Source: Candidatus Latescibacterota bacterium
GTDB lineage: Bacteria > Latescibacterota > 4484-107 > B68-G9
Length of the DNA stretch: 36,671 bases
Assembly: GCA_012962735.1 (NCBI GenBank)
Contig: DTXA01000509.1
Coordinates: 1 to 36,671 of the forward strand
Direction of reading: 5' to 3'
Positions 19,054-31,076 of the stretch are shown here, in pieces; the first letter of the stretch is position 1, and each line of letters opens with the position of its first letter. The position numbers and the translations under genes were made by a program. Below the pieces are notes generated by a model, which made no database searches, had not been told where the DNA came from, and saw nothing but the letters and a program-made list of their open reading frames with translations.

Positions 19054-22000
19054 TTACCTCATAGAGATCACACGGGCCTCTATGAGCGTCTTCAACTGTG
19101 TCTCAGCGAACTTCACCTGAGCCAATGCGTTGGGGTCGCTCCCGTATTCTTTGACGGCCCTCCGGTAGTACTCGGCCGCCTTCTCGAACTCCTCCATCGC
19201 CTGGTACGACGCCCCGATGTTCACCAGGGCGCTCGCCGAATACACGCTGCCGGGATATTTCTGCAGCACTTCTTCAAATATCTCTATAGCTTCCTTGTAA
19301 TTTTCTTGATCGAATAACACCTCGCCCTGGCTGTAGAGCTTATATGCGCTTATCTCCGCAAGGTTCGCCAACAGCATCTTGGCCCGCCGCACCCTCGGGT
19401 GGTCTGGGAAAAGCTCTATGAATTTCTCGTACGCTGCCTTAGCCTCGTCGTACCGCTCCTCCCCGTAGTAGTAGTCCCCAAGCGTGAACTGGGCCATCGG
19501 TCCGTAATCCCCCTCCCTGAAATCCGCTACAAGCCGCTCGAACAACGGCACAGCCTTCTCCTTCTCTCCCTTGCGTACAAAACACCACGCGCGGGAATAG
19601 ATGGAATCATCCACCCATCCGGACTTGGGGTACTCTCGCTCCACCCGCTCGAACAAGGCATAAGCTTCGTCCCACTGCTTCAGGTTGAACAGCGACTCCC
19701 CTGCTCTAAACAGTGCTTCCACCGCCTGGCGGCTCTTAGGGTACCTGCGCACCAAGGTCAAGAAGGTCTTAGATGCATCCTCCCACTTCCCCAGCCGGTA
19801 GTACCCCCAGGCTCCCAAGTATAGCGCTTGCAGAGCCTCCTTGCTCTCGGGGTACTTGCGGTAGTAATCTAAGAACGCCTTGGTGCTCATCAACACCGCT
19901 GCCTGTTTCTCTTCAGGCTTCCCTTTAAGCTCCTCTGAATAGTAGTAATATGCCGCGCCTATCTGGAAGAGTGCTCCCGGGGCCGCTAAGGTGGTCGGGT
20001 ACTCCTCCACCACCTTCTTGTACTGCGCCGCCGCATCGAGGTAACGCCCCATCTTCATATAGGCGTTCCCCGCAGTGTAGTACCCCGAGGCGATGCTCTC
20101 CTCTTTCTTGCTCACCTTGGTCAACCGCAGCGCTGTCTCTATGCTCTCCTGGTAGCGCCCGAGCTTGAAGTATACGTTCGCCAGCCGGGCCAACACTATG
20201 CTCCGCTCCATATCGTCCTGGGCCTGGGAGAGGAGCTCGTTGTAGATCCGGATGGCGTCCTCCAGGCTCTCCTTCTCAGCTAAGGCCACCAGCTGCACCC
20301 TGGCCGCCTGTGCCAGCGTGCGGTCCCGGCTCCGCGTCACATCCCGCAACAGCTCCTCCGCCTCCCGGCTCCGATCCACCGCCGAATACACCAACGCCAG
20401 GGCCAGCCTGGTCTTATCCAACATCTGAGGGTCGACCCCGGGCGCCTTTAAGAGGTACTGGTAATCCTCTATCGCCTTATCGAACTCCAACAACTTATGG
20501 TAGGCCTGCCCACGGCCGAAGTAGCTGTACACTATGTACTCGCTCTGAGGGAAACGTTCGATTACAGCCGTATAGTGCTGTACGGCCTTTTTGTAGTCCT
20601 CCAACTGCCCCAGGTACAGCTGGCCCAGTTGGAAGTGCATCAGGACTTCCAACTGGGGGTCACCGGATACCTTCCCCTCAAGCTCCTCCGATATCGCCTC
20701 GGCCTTCTGGGGCTTCTCCATTTCGGCATACAGCGAGGCCATAGCCAACTGAGCGCCCACGTAGCTCTGCCCGGCCGTCTCCGGCACTTTGGAGAACATC
20801 TCCAAGGCTCCGTCCTTCTCCCCTCTCTTGCGGAGCACCAAGCCCAGGTAATAGTATGCATCCCCGATCTCCGGGGCCTTCGAGTACCGCTTTATCATCT
20901 GCCGGCAGTACTGCTCCGCCTCGGCATACTTCCCACCGTCGTATGCTATTCTCCCCAACCGCAACATACATACCGGAGCGGACGGCGATCTCGGAAACCT
21001 CTCCACCACCTGTGCGTAGAACTTGACCGCCCTCTCCTTGTCCCCTAACTGCTCCGCAGACCATCCGGCGCTATATAAAGCCTGGGCCAAAAGCTTCGTA
21101 TCCGCATCGGGGTAGTTCTCCAGGACCGCCTGATATGCTTTTATGGCTTCTTCGTACTTCCCCTCGGCCTCCTCGTAATTTCCCGCACTTTCCTCGTATT
21201 TCCCCCAGTAATAGTACGCTTCCCCTATGTAGAACTGCGCCTGCGGCAGGTACGGGCTCTGGGGATAGTTCGTGATCACCCTTCGATACGCCTCTATCGC
21301 TTTATCGTACTTCCCCCACTTCTGGTAGTTATCCCCTATCAGCTTCTGGATTTTCGCCTTGGAATCGTACTCCTCCACGGTCTCCTGCGCCCGCACGTAG
21401 GTCTCGTAGGCCTTCTCGAAATCCCCCATCCGCTCCCTGTAGATATCCGCTATCTTCAAGAACGAACTGTTGAACAGAAGCAGGTAGTTCTCGAAATCCA
21501 CGTTCTTCCCTTCACGGAACGATGCCCGGAGGAGCTCGTACATTGTATCGTACAGATCTATCACTCTCTGGTACACCTCTATAGCCTTCTCGTACTGCCC
21601 TAAGGCCTCATAGCTGGTCGCCATAAGGTAAGAGGCGTCCGATATAGCCACGCTCTTGGGATACTTCTCCAACAGCTTCTGGGTCTCTTCTATGGCCTTC
21701 TCGTACTGCTCCTGCTCGTAGTGACAGCTCGCAATCCGGAATTGGGCGTCGGGTGCATACTTACTGTCCGGATACTTGGCCAGCATATCGGAGAATACCT
21801 CTATGGCCTTTCCATACTTCTTCGCCTTAAACAGACTGAAACCCTGGTAGAAATATGCTTTATCCACCAGGGCGGAGTTGGGGAACATCTGGACAAATCG
21901 GGCGTACTCTTCTGCGGCCTGCTCGTACTGTTGCTGATAAAATCTTGTATCCCCTATCTGATACTGCACCGTAGCACGGAACTCCTCAGGAACCTCGGGC

Positions 22001-22320
22001 TCATCGGTCACCTTCTGGAAGGAGGAGATGGCCTTCTCATAGTCCCCCAATTTCTTATAACTATTCCCGAGCTGATACCAAGCCGCTGCCCGGATAGGCA
22101 ACTTAAGTTCGTTGATCTCGACCGTGACCTTGTTTACATCCACCGCCTTGTGGTGGAACTTGACGATCTTATAGTACTCCTTAACAGCTAATTCATACTC
22201 CCCCAAAGCATAAAAAGACTGCCCATTTTCAAACCATGTCTTTAGGTTCTGGGGGACAGGCAAAAAAAGACTAACCCCCAGAGCCGCCAACAGTAGAGCC
22301 ACAACCCACTTGGTAGACAT
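19054..22320 (-). CDS. Very large periplasmic tetratricopeptide repeat protein (CpoB/BamD-type repeats)
   Basis: N-terminal hydrophobic signal/anchor and more than 20 repeats of the type A.Y.IG..Y....Y..A...Y..V...YP.S. Confidence 0.9.
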   Translation of the reverse strand: MSTKWVVALLLAALGVSLFLPVPQNLKTWFENGQSFYALGEYELAVKEYYKIVKFHHKAVDVNKVTVEINELKLPIRAAAWYQLGNSYKKLGDYEKAISSFQKVTDEPEVPEEFRATVQYQIGDTRFYQQQYEQAAEEYARFVQMFPNSALVDKAYFYQGFSLFKAKKYGKAIEVFSDMLAKYPDSKYAPDAQFRIASCHYEQEQYEKAIEETQKLLEKYPKSVAISDASYLMATSYEALGQYEKAIEVYQRVIDLYDTMYELLRASFREGKNVDFENYLLLFNSSFLKIADIYRERMGDFEKAYETYVRAQETVEEYDSKAKIQKLIGDNYQKWGKYDKAIEAYRRVITNYPQSPYLPQAQFYIGEAYYYWGKYEESAGNYEEAEGKYEEAIKAYQAVLENYPDADTKLLAQALYSAGWSAEQLGDKERAVKFYAQVVERFPRSPSAPVCMLRLGRIAYDGGKYAEAEQYCRQMIKRYSKAPEIGDAYYYLGLVLRKRGEKDGALEMFSKVPETAGQSYVGAQLAMASLYAEMEKPQKAEAISEELEGKVSGDPQLEVLMHFQLGQLYLGQLEDYKKAVQHYTAVIERFPQSEYIVYSYFGRGQAYHKLLEFDKAIEDYQYLLKAPGVDPQMLDKTRLALALVYSAVDRSREAEELLRDVTRSRDRTLAQAARVQLVALAEKESLEDAIRIYNELLSQAQDDMERSIVLARLANVYFKLGRYQESIETALRLTKVSKKEESIASGYYTAGNAYMKMGRYLDAAAQYKKVVEEYPTTLAAPGALFQIGAAYYYYSEELKGKPEEKQAAVLMSTKAFLDYYRKYPESKEALQALYLGAWGYYRLGKWEDASKTFLTLVRRYPKSRQAVEALFRAGESLFNLKQWDEAYALFERVEREYPKSGWVDDSIYSRAWCFVRKGEKEKAVPLFERLVADFREGDYGPMAQFTLGDYYYGEERYDEAKAAYEKFIELFPDHPRVRRAKMLLANLAEISAYKLYSQGEVLFDQENYKEAIEIFEEVLQKYPGSVYSASALVNIGASYQAMEEFEKAAEYYRRAVKEYGSDPNALAQVKFAETQLKTLIEARVISMR

Positions 22321-22342
22321 AGGTTATTTCACCCCCTTCCCT

Positions 22343-23227
22343 TTAAAACCTATACCCGAAGGAAATCCTATGCTCTCCTCCCACCGGCAGGTCCAAAAGG
22401 TACCTATACCCGTACTCCAAACGCATATTCCAAAGGGTGTACCCGACCCCCGCGTTCACCTTGGCGCTTCCCTTCCCCTTCTCTAAGAACTGTCCTCCGC
22501 CTAAATACACCGAGAAATTCTCCCCGAACCTCTGCTCCACGCCGCCGGAGAGGTCCATCACTCCGTCCTTGGAGGTAAGTTCGGCTGTCGCCAACATCCC
22601 GAGCCTCTCATAAGCCACCCCCACCCTGACCTCCATCGGGAGCTTGCCCCCCAAGTCGGTATTCTTGGCGATGCTGGGCTGGTTGATGTTCCGCAGGAAC
22701 GCCCCCACCCGCACCTTCCAGGGAGTCCTCCAGAACAATCCAGCGTCCAACCCGATCTTAAGGCCCGAGGAGACCGAACCCCCCAAGGGGTCGTTCAAAC
22801 CCGACAGGTCCGCCTTCCACATCATCCCCTTGAGGTTCACTCCCAAGCTCAAACCTCCCATAAGATAACGGGCATAGGAAAGGATAAAGGCGTCCTTGTT
22901 GAACCTATCCGCCATGAACATCTGAACTCCAAGCCCCAGAGTGCCCAGCCCCCCGGCAGGGAGCACAAGCCCGACCAAGCCCATACCGAGTTTATCCCCC
23001 TCGATCCCGGGGAAGAGCCTCGCCCCCATCACTGTAATCTCCATCCGATCCATCTGCACCAGACCGGCGGGGTTCAGGAATATCGCGTTAGGATCGTCCG
23101 CCACCGCCACGAAGCTCCCCCCGAGGCTAACGGGCCTTGCCCCCACACAGAGGTCGAGCTCATCCGCCCGCGCTGGGACCAACCAAGCCAACATCATCAG
23201 GACCCCGATCAGTGCTCCATACTTCAT
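22343..23227 (-). CDS. PorV/PorQ-family (FadL-like) outer-membrane beta-barrel protein
   Basis: Signal peptide (ARA-D), hallmark GARPVSLGGSFVAVADDPNAIFLNPAGL, alternating beta-strands and C-terminal HRISFGYRF with terminal Phe. Start trimmed to MKYG. Confidence 0.82.
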   Translation of the reverse strand: MKYGALIGVLMMLAWLVPARADELDLCVGARPVSLGGSFVAVADDPNAIFLNPAGLVQMDRMEITVMGARLFPGIEGDKLGMGLVGLVLPAGGLGTLGLGVQMFMADRFNKDAFILSYARYLMGGLSLGVNLKGMMWKADLSGLNDPLGGSVSSGLKIGLDAGLFWRTPWKVRVGAFLRNINQPSIAKNTDLGGKLPMEVRVGVAYERLGMLATAELTSKDGVMDLSGGVEQRFGENFSVYLGGGQFLEKGKGSAKVNAGVGYTLWNMRLEYGYRYLLDLPVGGEHRISFGYRF

Positions 23228-23289
23228 AGCGCTCACCCCTTTCTCTTGAGAGACCCCCATTGCTCCTATCCCCTCTGTTTCTTTCAGAG

Positions 23290-23318
23290 AATATAAGCTA
23301 TATACAACTCCTTGTCAA
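23290..23318 (-). promoter_or_regulatory. sigma70-type promoter for the barrel-TPR-exbBD operon
   Basis: Minus strand reads TTGACA-17 nt-TATATT, immediately after the pgk stop. Confidence 0.75.
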
Positions 23319-23325
23319 GGCCTTT

Positions 23326-24552
23326 TTACACTTCTTCCGACGTATCTTCCTTATCCGTAAGAGATTTTACTCCAGGAAGTTCCCTCCCCTCCACGAACTC
23401 CAAAGAGGCTCCCCCTCCCGTGGACGCATGGCTCACCCTTTCCTCCAACCCGGCCTTGCGCACCGCCGCAGCCGAATCCCCTCCTCCAACCACCGTTACA
23501 GCGCCCTTTTCTGTAGCCTCGGCCAAGGCCTTGGCCACCTCTTCGGTGCCCTTGGCGAACTCGTCTATCTCAAATACTCCCATAGGTCCGTTCCAGAAGA
23601 CCGTCTTGGCCCCCAGCACCTCCTCCCGGAACTCCCTCGCCGTCTCCGGTCCTATATCCACCCCCTCCCAGTCCGAGGGGATGCGGTCGCTGGGTACCAC
23701 TTGGGTCCTCCCGTACTTCCTCCCCTCGAAGTCCAGGAAATCCGTCACCACGTTATCGACAGGGAGCACCAGTCGGACCCCCTTCCGTCCGGCCTCTTCC
23801 ATAAGCTCGGAGGCCAAGGACACCTTATCCTCCTCCAAAAGAGACTTCCCCACCTCCCATCCCTTGGCCTTGAAGAAAGTGTACGCCATCCCCCCACCAA
23901 TCAAAAGTGCATCCACCTGCCCCAATAGGTTCCTTATCACCCCTATCTTGTCCGAGACCTTGGCTCCTCCCAATATCGCCACAAAGGGCCGTTTCGGGTT
24001 TTCCAAAACCATCCCCAAAAACTCCAACTCCTTCTCCATCAGGAACCCAGCAGCGCACTGGGAGAAGTAATGGGTCACCCCTTCGGTGGAGGCGTGCGCC
24101 CGGTGGGCCGTGCCGAACGCATCGTTCACATAGACATCCCCTAAGGACGCGAGCTTCCTGGAGAACTCGGGATCGTTCTTCTCCTCCTCGGGATGAAACC
24201 TCATGTTCTCCAACAACAAAACGTCCCCCTCCTTCAACTCCCCCACCATCTTCTCCACCTCAGGGCCCATGCAATCCGGAGCCATCCCCACCGGCCTCCC
24301 TAATAACTCTGAAAGACGCCCCGCCACGGGCTTCAGGCTCAGCTCCGGGACTACCTTCCCCTTCGGCCGTCCCAGATGCGACATCAGGATAAGCTTCCCC
24401 CCATGCTCCGTCACATACCGGATCGTGGGCAGTGACGCCCTTATTCGGGTGTCGTCCCGGACCTTCCCGTCCTCCAACGGCACGTTGAAGTCCACCCTCA
24501 TAAGGACCCTTTTCCCCTTAAGCTCCAAATCCCGCACCGTAAGTTTCGCCAT
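23326..24552 (-). CDS. pgk: Phosphoglycerate kinase
   Basis: [40 protein letters not shown] and STGGGASLE motifs. Confidence 0.98.
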   Translation of the reverse strand: MAKLTVRDLELKGKRVLMRVDFNVPLEDGKVRDDTRIRASLPTIRYVTEHGGKLILMSHLGRPKGKVVPELSLKPVAGRLSELLGRPVGMAPDCMGPEVEKMVGELKEGDVLLLENMRFHPEEEKNDPEFSRKLASLGDVYVNDAFGTAHRAHASTEGVTHYFSQCAAGFLMEKELEFLGMVLENPKRPFVAILGGAKVSDKIGVIRNLLGQVDALLIGGGMAYTFFKAKGWEVGKSLLEEDKVSLASELMEEAGRKGVRLVLPVDNVVTDFLDFEGRKYGRTQVVPSDRIPSDWEGVDIGPETAREFREEVLGAKTVFWNGPMGVFEIDEFAKGTEEVAKALAEATEKGAVTVVGGGDSAAAVRKAGLEERVSHASTGGGASLEFVEGRELPGVKSLTDKEDTSEEV

Positions 24553-24584
24553 ACTTCCTCCCCCAAGAAATGATCGCTCACTTT

Positions 24585-24656
24585 AAAGAGGCCCCTCTTT
24601 CGGTCTAATACAAAGACCCCAAAAAGTATCCCGGCGAAGAGCTCTTTGAGGCTATA
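24585..24656. repeat. Dispersed intergenic repeat, copy A
   Basis: AAAGAGGCCCCTCTTTCGGTCTAATACAAA matches 35897-35926 at 28/30 nt. CCCCAAAAAGTATC..GGCGAA is shared with 26830-26851. Confidence 0.75.
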
Positions 24657-24661
24657 AAAGC

Positions 24662-26721
<2,060 letters not shown>

Positions 26722-26768
26722 CCCGGTTCCCTCCTTTCGAACGTCCGATCACCCTGTTAACCTTGCCG

Positions 26769-26797
26769 AAGATAACATAGAATTTCACAGATGTCAA
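26769..26797 (-). promoter_or_regulatory. sigma70-type promoter for pfk-gap-pgk
   Basis: Minus strand reads TTGACA-17 nt-TATCTT with an extended -10 TG. Confidence 0.7.
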
Positions 26798-26833
26798 GCA
26801 CTCTATATGTCCAAATAAATGTCGTTAGCCCCC

Positions 26834-26859
26834 AAAAAGTATCGAGGCGAAATCGCCTC
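26834..26859 (-). terminator. Possible intrinsic terminator after the RNase E/G gene
   Basis: Minus strand GAGGCGATTTCGCCTC hairpin followed by GATACTTTTT; overlaps the repeat motif at 26830-26851. Confidence 0.45.
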
Positions 26860-28372
26860 ACACCCGCCGGTACTGCTCCGTCAGGTCCTCTCTGATCTTC
26901 CCCGAGAGCACCCGGAACTCTTCTATGGAAAGGTCCTCGTCCTCCTCCAACTCTAACCTCACCTTGGCCGACTTCTGCAGGAGCTTAAGCCTTCTTTCTC
27001 TGTCCTCCCTAAGGTATTCGGCCACGCTCGGGTGCACCCTGAGGGCGAACTTCCGCTCCCTGGAGAACACCCTCGCCCTCTTCAAACACCGCTCTATCTT
27101 CGTAACCGTCGTATCCCGTCCCTGCACCCTTCCAACCCCCCCGCACACAGGGCATGGCTCGCTGAAGGTATACAACAAACTTGGCCGCATCCGCTGGCGT
27201 GTCATCTCCAAAAGTCCGAATTGGTTGATCGGCAATATGTTAGTCCTCGCCCTGTCCCTCCTCAGCGCCTCGGCAAGCTCATCCTCCACCCTCCTTCGGT
27301 TCTTCGGGGAGACCATATCTATGAAGTCTATCACCACGATCCCACCTATGTCCCTCAGCCGCAACTGCCTTGCTATCTCCCGGGCCGCCTCTAAGTTTAT
27401 CTTCAATACCGTATCCTCTTGGTTATACCGGCCCACGTACTTACCGGTATTCACATCTATGGCCACCAGGGCCTCGGTGTGATCTATAACCAGAAACCCC
27501 CCTGTCTTCAGCTCTACCCTCCTCTGGAGGGCCTCCTCGACTTGCTCTTCGATATGGAAGGCGTCGAATATCGGCAGCTCCCCCTCGTACAGCTCCACCT
27601 TCCCCCTTAGGTGGGGGGAGACCTCTTTGAGGTATGAGAGTATCCTCTTGTACTCCTTCTTCGAATCCACCACCACCCGATCCACATCCTCCGAGAACAG
27701 GTCCCGCACCAGGCTGGAAGTTATCCCCATCTCCCGGTGCAGCAGCGCCGGAGCCTTGGCCTTCTGGCTGGCCTTTAAGATATCCTCCCAGAGCTTCGAA
27801 AGCTTCTTTATATCCCCCTTAAGCTCCCTTCCCCCCTTCCTCTTGGCCACCGTGCGCACGATCACCCCACAGTGTTCGGGGCGGAGCGAGGCAGCCAACT
27901 TTCTGAGCCTCCTGCGTTCGTTTACATCCGTGATCTTCCGGGACACCCCCAACAGGTCCTCCTGCCCCGGAGCTAACACCATAAACCTCCCCGGCAGCGA
28001 TATCGCCGTCGTCACCCTAGGCCCCTTATCCCCTATGGCCTCCTTGGTGACTTGGACCAGGATCTCCTGCCCCCGCCGAAGCCGCTGCTGGATGGGGGTC
28101 TGTCTTGGACGCTCGCAGCGTTCTTCCTCAAGGTCGAAGAAGTCCAGATCCCAGACGTCCGATGCGTGTAAGAAGGCGTTCTTCCCGGTCCCGATGTCCA
28201 CAAACGCTGCCTGCATCCCGGGCAGGACGTTCTGCACCACCCCCTTGTATATATTTCCCACCATCCTTTCCTGCTCCGGTCGCTCCACCAACAATTCCAC
28301 CAGGCGGCCGTCCTCCAATATGGCGATCCTCGTCTCGTGTATAGCCGCATTGAGCACAATCTCCGTACGCAC
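26858..28372 (-). CDS. rng: Ribonuclease E/G family (Rne/Rng)
   Basis: VGNIYKG.V..V.PGMQAAFVDIG (S1 domain), IDVNTG, QLRLRDIGGIVVIDFIDM and CPVCGG.G Zn-link; GTG start with GGAG RBS. Confidence 0.95.
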   Translation of the reverse strand: MRTEIVLNAAIHETRIAILEDGRLVELLVERPEQERMVGNIYKGVVQNVLPGMQAAFVDIGTGKNAFLHASDVWDLDFFDLEEERCERPRQTPIQQRLRRGQEILVQVTKEAIGDKGPRVTTAISLPGRFMVLAPGQEDLLGVSRKITDVNERRRLRKLAASLRPEHCGVIVRTVAKRKGGRELKGDIKKLSKLWEDILKASQKAKAPALLHREMGITSSLVRDLFSEDVDRVVVDSKKEYKRILSYLKEVSPHLRGKVELYEGELPIFDAFHIEEQVEEALQRRVELKTGGFLVIDHTEALVAIDVNTGKYVGRYNQEDTVLKINLEAAREIARQLRLRDIGGIVVIDFIDMVSPKNRRRVEDELAEALRRDRARTNILPINQFGLLEMTRQRMRPSLLYTFSEPCPVCGGVGRVQGRDTTVTKIERCLKRARVFSRERKFALRVHPSVAEYLREDRERRLKLLQKSAKVRLELEEDEDLSIEEFRVLSGKIREDLTEQYRRV

Positions 28373-28396
28373 GCTTGCCCTCTCCCCTCGCTTAGG

Positions 28397-28493
28397 GCGG
28401 ACTCAGCCGCTGGAGGGGACAGCAGAAGACCCTCCGCCCACCATGCGACGCTCATAAACCCTCCCTCACATCCCCTCCGGCGGTCCTGTCCGC
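28397..28493. other. Long imperfect stem enclosing the intergenic region upstream of rng (candidate structured RNA)
   Basis: GCGGAC-TCAG-CCGCTGGAGGGGA (28397-28419) pairs with TCCCCTCCGGCGG-TCCT-GTCCGC (28471-28493). Confidence 0.5.
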
Positions 28494-28496
28494 ACC

Positions 28497-31076
28497 TCAC
28501 CATACCTCCATAGGCGTCTTTACACGCCCCTCAAGCTCCACGAACAGCCCCGTCCGGACCACCCGAAGGAGCCGCACCCTCTCCTCGGGCCATCCCAAAA
28601 GGGCCTTCAATACCTCATAGGGCCGGGGGCTGTGTTCCCCTCCCACCGAAAGCCGCATCTCTAAGGCACGACCTTTCTCCGGGCTCAAAGCCCGCACCCC
28701 CGGCCTAATGTCCACCGTGCGCTCCTCTCCCTTAACGTTGCGCCGCACCGGAACCCGTTCTTGCTCCATAAATCGGGCGACCAGTTCCTCCAGCTCCATC
28801 TGTCCCTCAAACTCCACCCGATAGACCGCCAGGGAGATGGCAGAGTTCAGCGCCGGCGTCTTCCCGAACATCGGCTTGGCCTCCAAGGCACGGAACCCCT
28901 CAGGCAACACCCTGTTCAGGGCCACTACGATGTCCCTGGGATATGGCTCGGCTAAGCGGATATCTATGTACTCCGCGGTGCTCTCCATCCCCAACGGCAA
29001 AGGCGGACCGAACGAGAGCCTGGGCCTGGGGTGGAACCCCTGGGAGTACGCCACCGGTACCTTAGCCCTCCGCACGACCCTCTCGAAGGTCCTCACCGTA
29101 TCCAAGTGCCCCAAGAACCTGGCCATCCCCTCCTTCGCATATCTGACCCTGAGCATAGAGCGGGCGATGGGTTCCGAGGCGAAGCTCCTCCTCGGCCTCC
29201 GGCCGTAACGGGTGGCCTCTCCCGTCTCCTCGGATGGTCCGGCATCCGGCCTCAAAAGGAGCCCGGGCGAGCAGACCTCCCTGCCGCAACCGATGCATAC
29301 CCCACTCCGACAGTCCAGCGTGACTTCCCCACTGAAGGCCTTCTCCCTCTCCCGCCTCAAAAACTCTCTTTCAACCCAGGACCTTATGTGGTCCCAGGGC
29401 AGGGGAGCCTCTACCTCCCTCGGCCCGGCTTCCCGGTGCAGATCTACCCCTGCCTCCCTGAAGGCCTCGGCCCACCTGCGGAAATCGAAGAACTCCCCCC
29501 ACTCGTCGAACTTAGCCCCCCGCTCCCAGGCCCCCCTGACCACCTCCCAAAGCCTCCTGTCGCCCCTTGCCAAGGCCGTCTCTAAAAGCGTCACCTCCAG
29601 CCTCCTCCACCTCAAGACCACGTTCGGAATCCTCCTCAACCCCCTCTGGAGGTAAGACAACTTCCTCCGCAGGGAGGCCATATCCTCCATCCCCTCCCAC
29701 TGGAAAGGCGTGTGGGGCTTCGGGGAGAAGGGGGAGATGGACACGTGCAACCTCCGGTTCCTGCCGTGCTCCCTGGCCACTTGGGCTGCGCGGCGCACTA
29801 ACTGCACTATCCCCTCCACATCCTCCCATCCCTCCGTGGGCAGGCCGAGCATAAAGTACAACTTTACAGTGGTCCATCCCTTCCCGTAAGCTATCCGCAC
29901 CGCCCGGAGCAGGTCCTCGTCCTTAATATCTTTGTTTATCACGTTCCTCAGACGCTGCGTCCCGGCTTCCGGAGCGAATGTGATGCCTGCTCGCCTCACC
30001 TGGCTGGCCGCCTCCGCGAGCTCCTCGGTGAACGAGTCGGGCCGAAGCGAGGGTAGGGATAGTGCCACACGCTGGGGCACTAAGAACTCGTTCGCTCGTT
30101 CTAACAGGGGGTAAAGCCCGCCGTAGTCCGAGGTGGAAAGCGAAAGCAGGGAGATCTCCTCCCATCCCGCGGCCCCCACCCACCTTTTTATATCCTCCAA
30201 AACCTCGGCCACAGGCCGCTCCCTGACCGGACGGTACGTCATCCCGGCATTGCAGAACCTACACCCCCGGGTACAGCCCCGCATCAACTCCACCGGGATG
30301 TGGTCGTAAGCTATATCCACCAAGGGAACGATCGGCGAAGCCGGGTAGTGCTCAGGCCGGAGCCGGACCCATCTGGCCTCCACGACCTCCGGGATCCCAT
30401 CTTCCTTCGGGGATATCCCCGAAAACCTCCCGTCCTCGTACCGCACCTTGTAGAGCGAAGGAACGTACACCCCGGGGACCTGAGCCAAAGCCCGAAGCCT
30501 CTCCCTCCGGGGAGCTCCGGAACGCTTCAGCTCCTTCCACAGGTCCAATATCTCCCCTATGGCATCCTCCCCGTCCCCTACGACGATGGCGTCCAAGCAG
30601 GGTGCTAAAGGTTCGGGGTTGTACGCCCCTGCTCCTCCGGCTAAGATCAGGGGGTCCCCCTCCCTCCGTTCCTCCGAGAGCAGGGGAATTCCGGCGAGGT
30701 CCAACATATTCAATATGTTTGTGTAAGTCAATTCGTACGGGAGTGTAAACCCCACTATGTCGAACTCGCGCACGGGGCGCTTGCTCTCTAAGGAGAAAAG
30801 GGGTATCCCCCACCTCCGCATCTCCTCCTCCATATCGGGCCAGGGGGCGAATACCCGCTCGGCTAAAGCATCCTCCCTCCGGTTGATGAGATGATAGAGG
30901 ATGGCGAACCCCAGATAGTTCCCTCCCACATCGTAGGCGTCCGGAAAAGCCAACGCCACCTGAAGCTCCACATCCTCGGGACGCTTGCGCACCGTATGCC
31001 ATTCGTTCCCCAGATACCGTCCCGGCTTGGACACCAACGGCAGAAACCTCTCAACCTGCTCCCAAAGTCCCTTCAT
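28497..31076 (-). CDS. TIGR03960-type B12-binding radical SAM protein fused to TIGR03936/DUF2344-type radical SAM-linked domain
   Basis: KPGRYLGNE, AFPDAY, RGCTRGCRFC (CxxxCxxC), APEAGTQRLR and LPWDHI, then a C-terminal GHLD...YSQGFHPRPRLSFG..LPLG domain. Confidence 0.9.
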   Translation of the reverse strand: MKGLWEQVERFLPLVSKPGRYLGNEWHTVRKRPEDVELQVALAFPDAYDVGGNYLGFAILYHLINRREDALAERVFAPWPDMEEEMRRWGIPLFSLESKRPVREFDIVGFTLPYELTYTNILNMLDLAGIPLLSEERREGDPLILAGGAGAYNPEPLAPCLDAIVVGDGEDAIGEILDLWKELKRSGAPRRERLRALAQVPGVYVPSLYKVRYEDGRFSGISPKEDGIPEVVEARWVRLRPEHYPASPIVPLVDIAYDHIPVELMRGCTRGCRFCNAGMTYRPVRERPVAEVLEDIKRWVGAAGWEEISLLSLSTSDYGGLYPLLERANEFLVPQRVALSLPSLRPDSFTEELAEAASQVRRAGITFAPEAGTQRLRNVINKDIKDEDLLRAVRIAYGKGWTTVKLYFMLGLPTEGWEDVEGIVQLVRRAAQVAREHGRNRRLHVSISPFSPKPHTPFQWEGMEDMASLRRKLSYLQRGLRRIPNVVLRWRRLEVTLLETALARGDRRLWEVVRGAWERGAKFDEWGEFFDFRRWAEAFREAGVDLHREAGPREVEAPLPWDHIRSWVEREFLRREREKAFSGEVTLDCRSGVCIGCGREVCSPGLLLRPDAGPSEETGEATRYGRRPRRSFASEPIARSMLRVRYAKEGMARFLGHLDTVRTFERVVRRAKVPVAYSQGFHPRPRLSFGPPLPLGMESTAEYIDIRLAEPYPRDIVVALNRVLPEGFRALEAKPMFGKTPALNSAISLAVYRVEFEGQMELEELVARFMEQERVPVRRNVKGEERTVDIRPGVRALSPEKGRALEMRLSVGGEHSPRPYEVLKALLGWPEERVRLLRVVRTGLFVELEGRVKTPMEVW

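Noticed and set aside
16680..23227. Calling the module a canonical T9SS or Tol-Pal system
   Set aside because: No PorK/L/M/N, SprA, TolB or Pal homologue is recognisable in the window.
28373..28496. SRP RNA, 6S RNA or tRNA in the rng leader
   Set aside because: It lacks the SRP domain IV motif and the tRNA T-loop/cloverleaf, and is too short for a typical 6S RNA.
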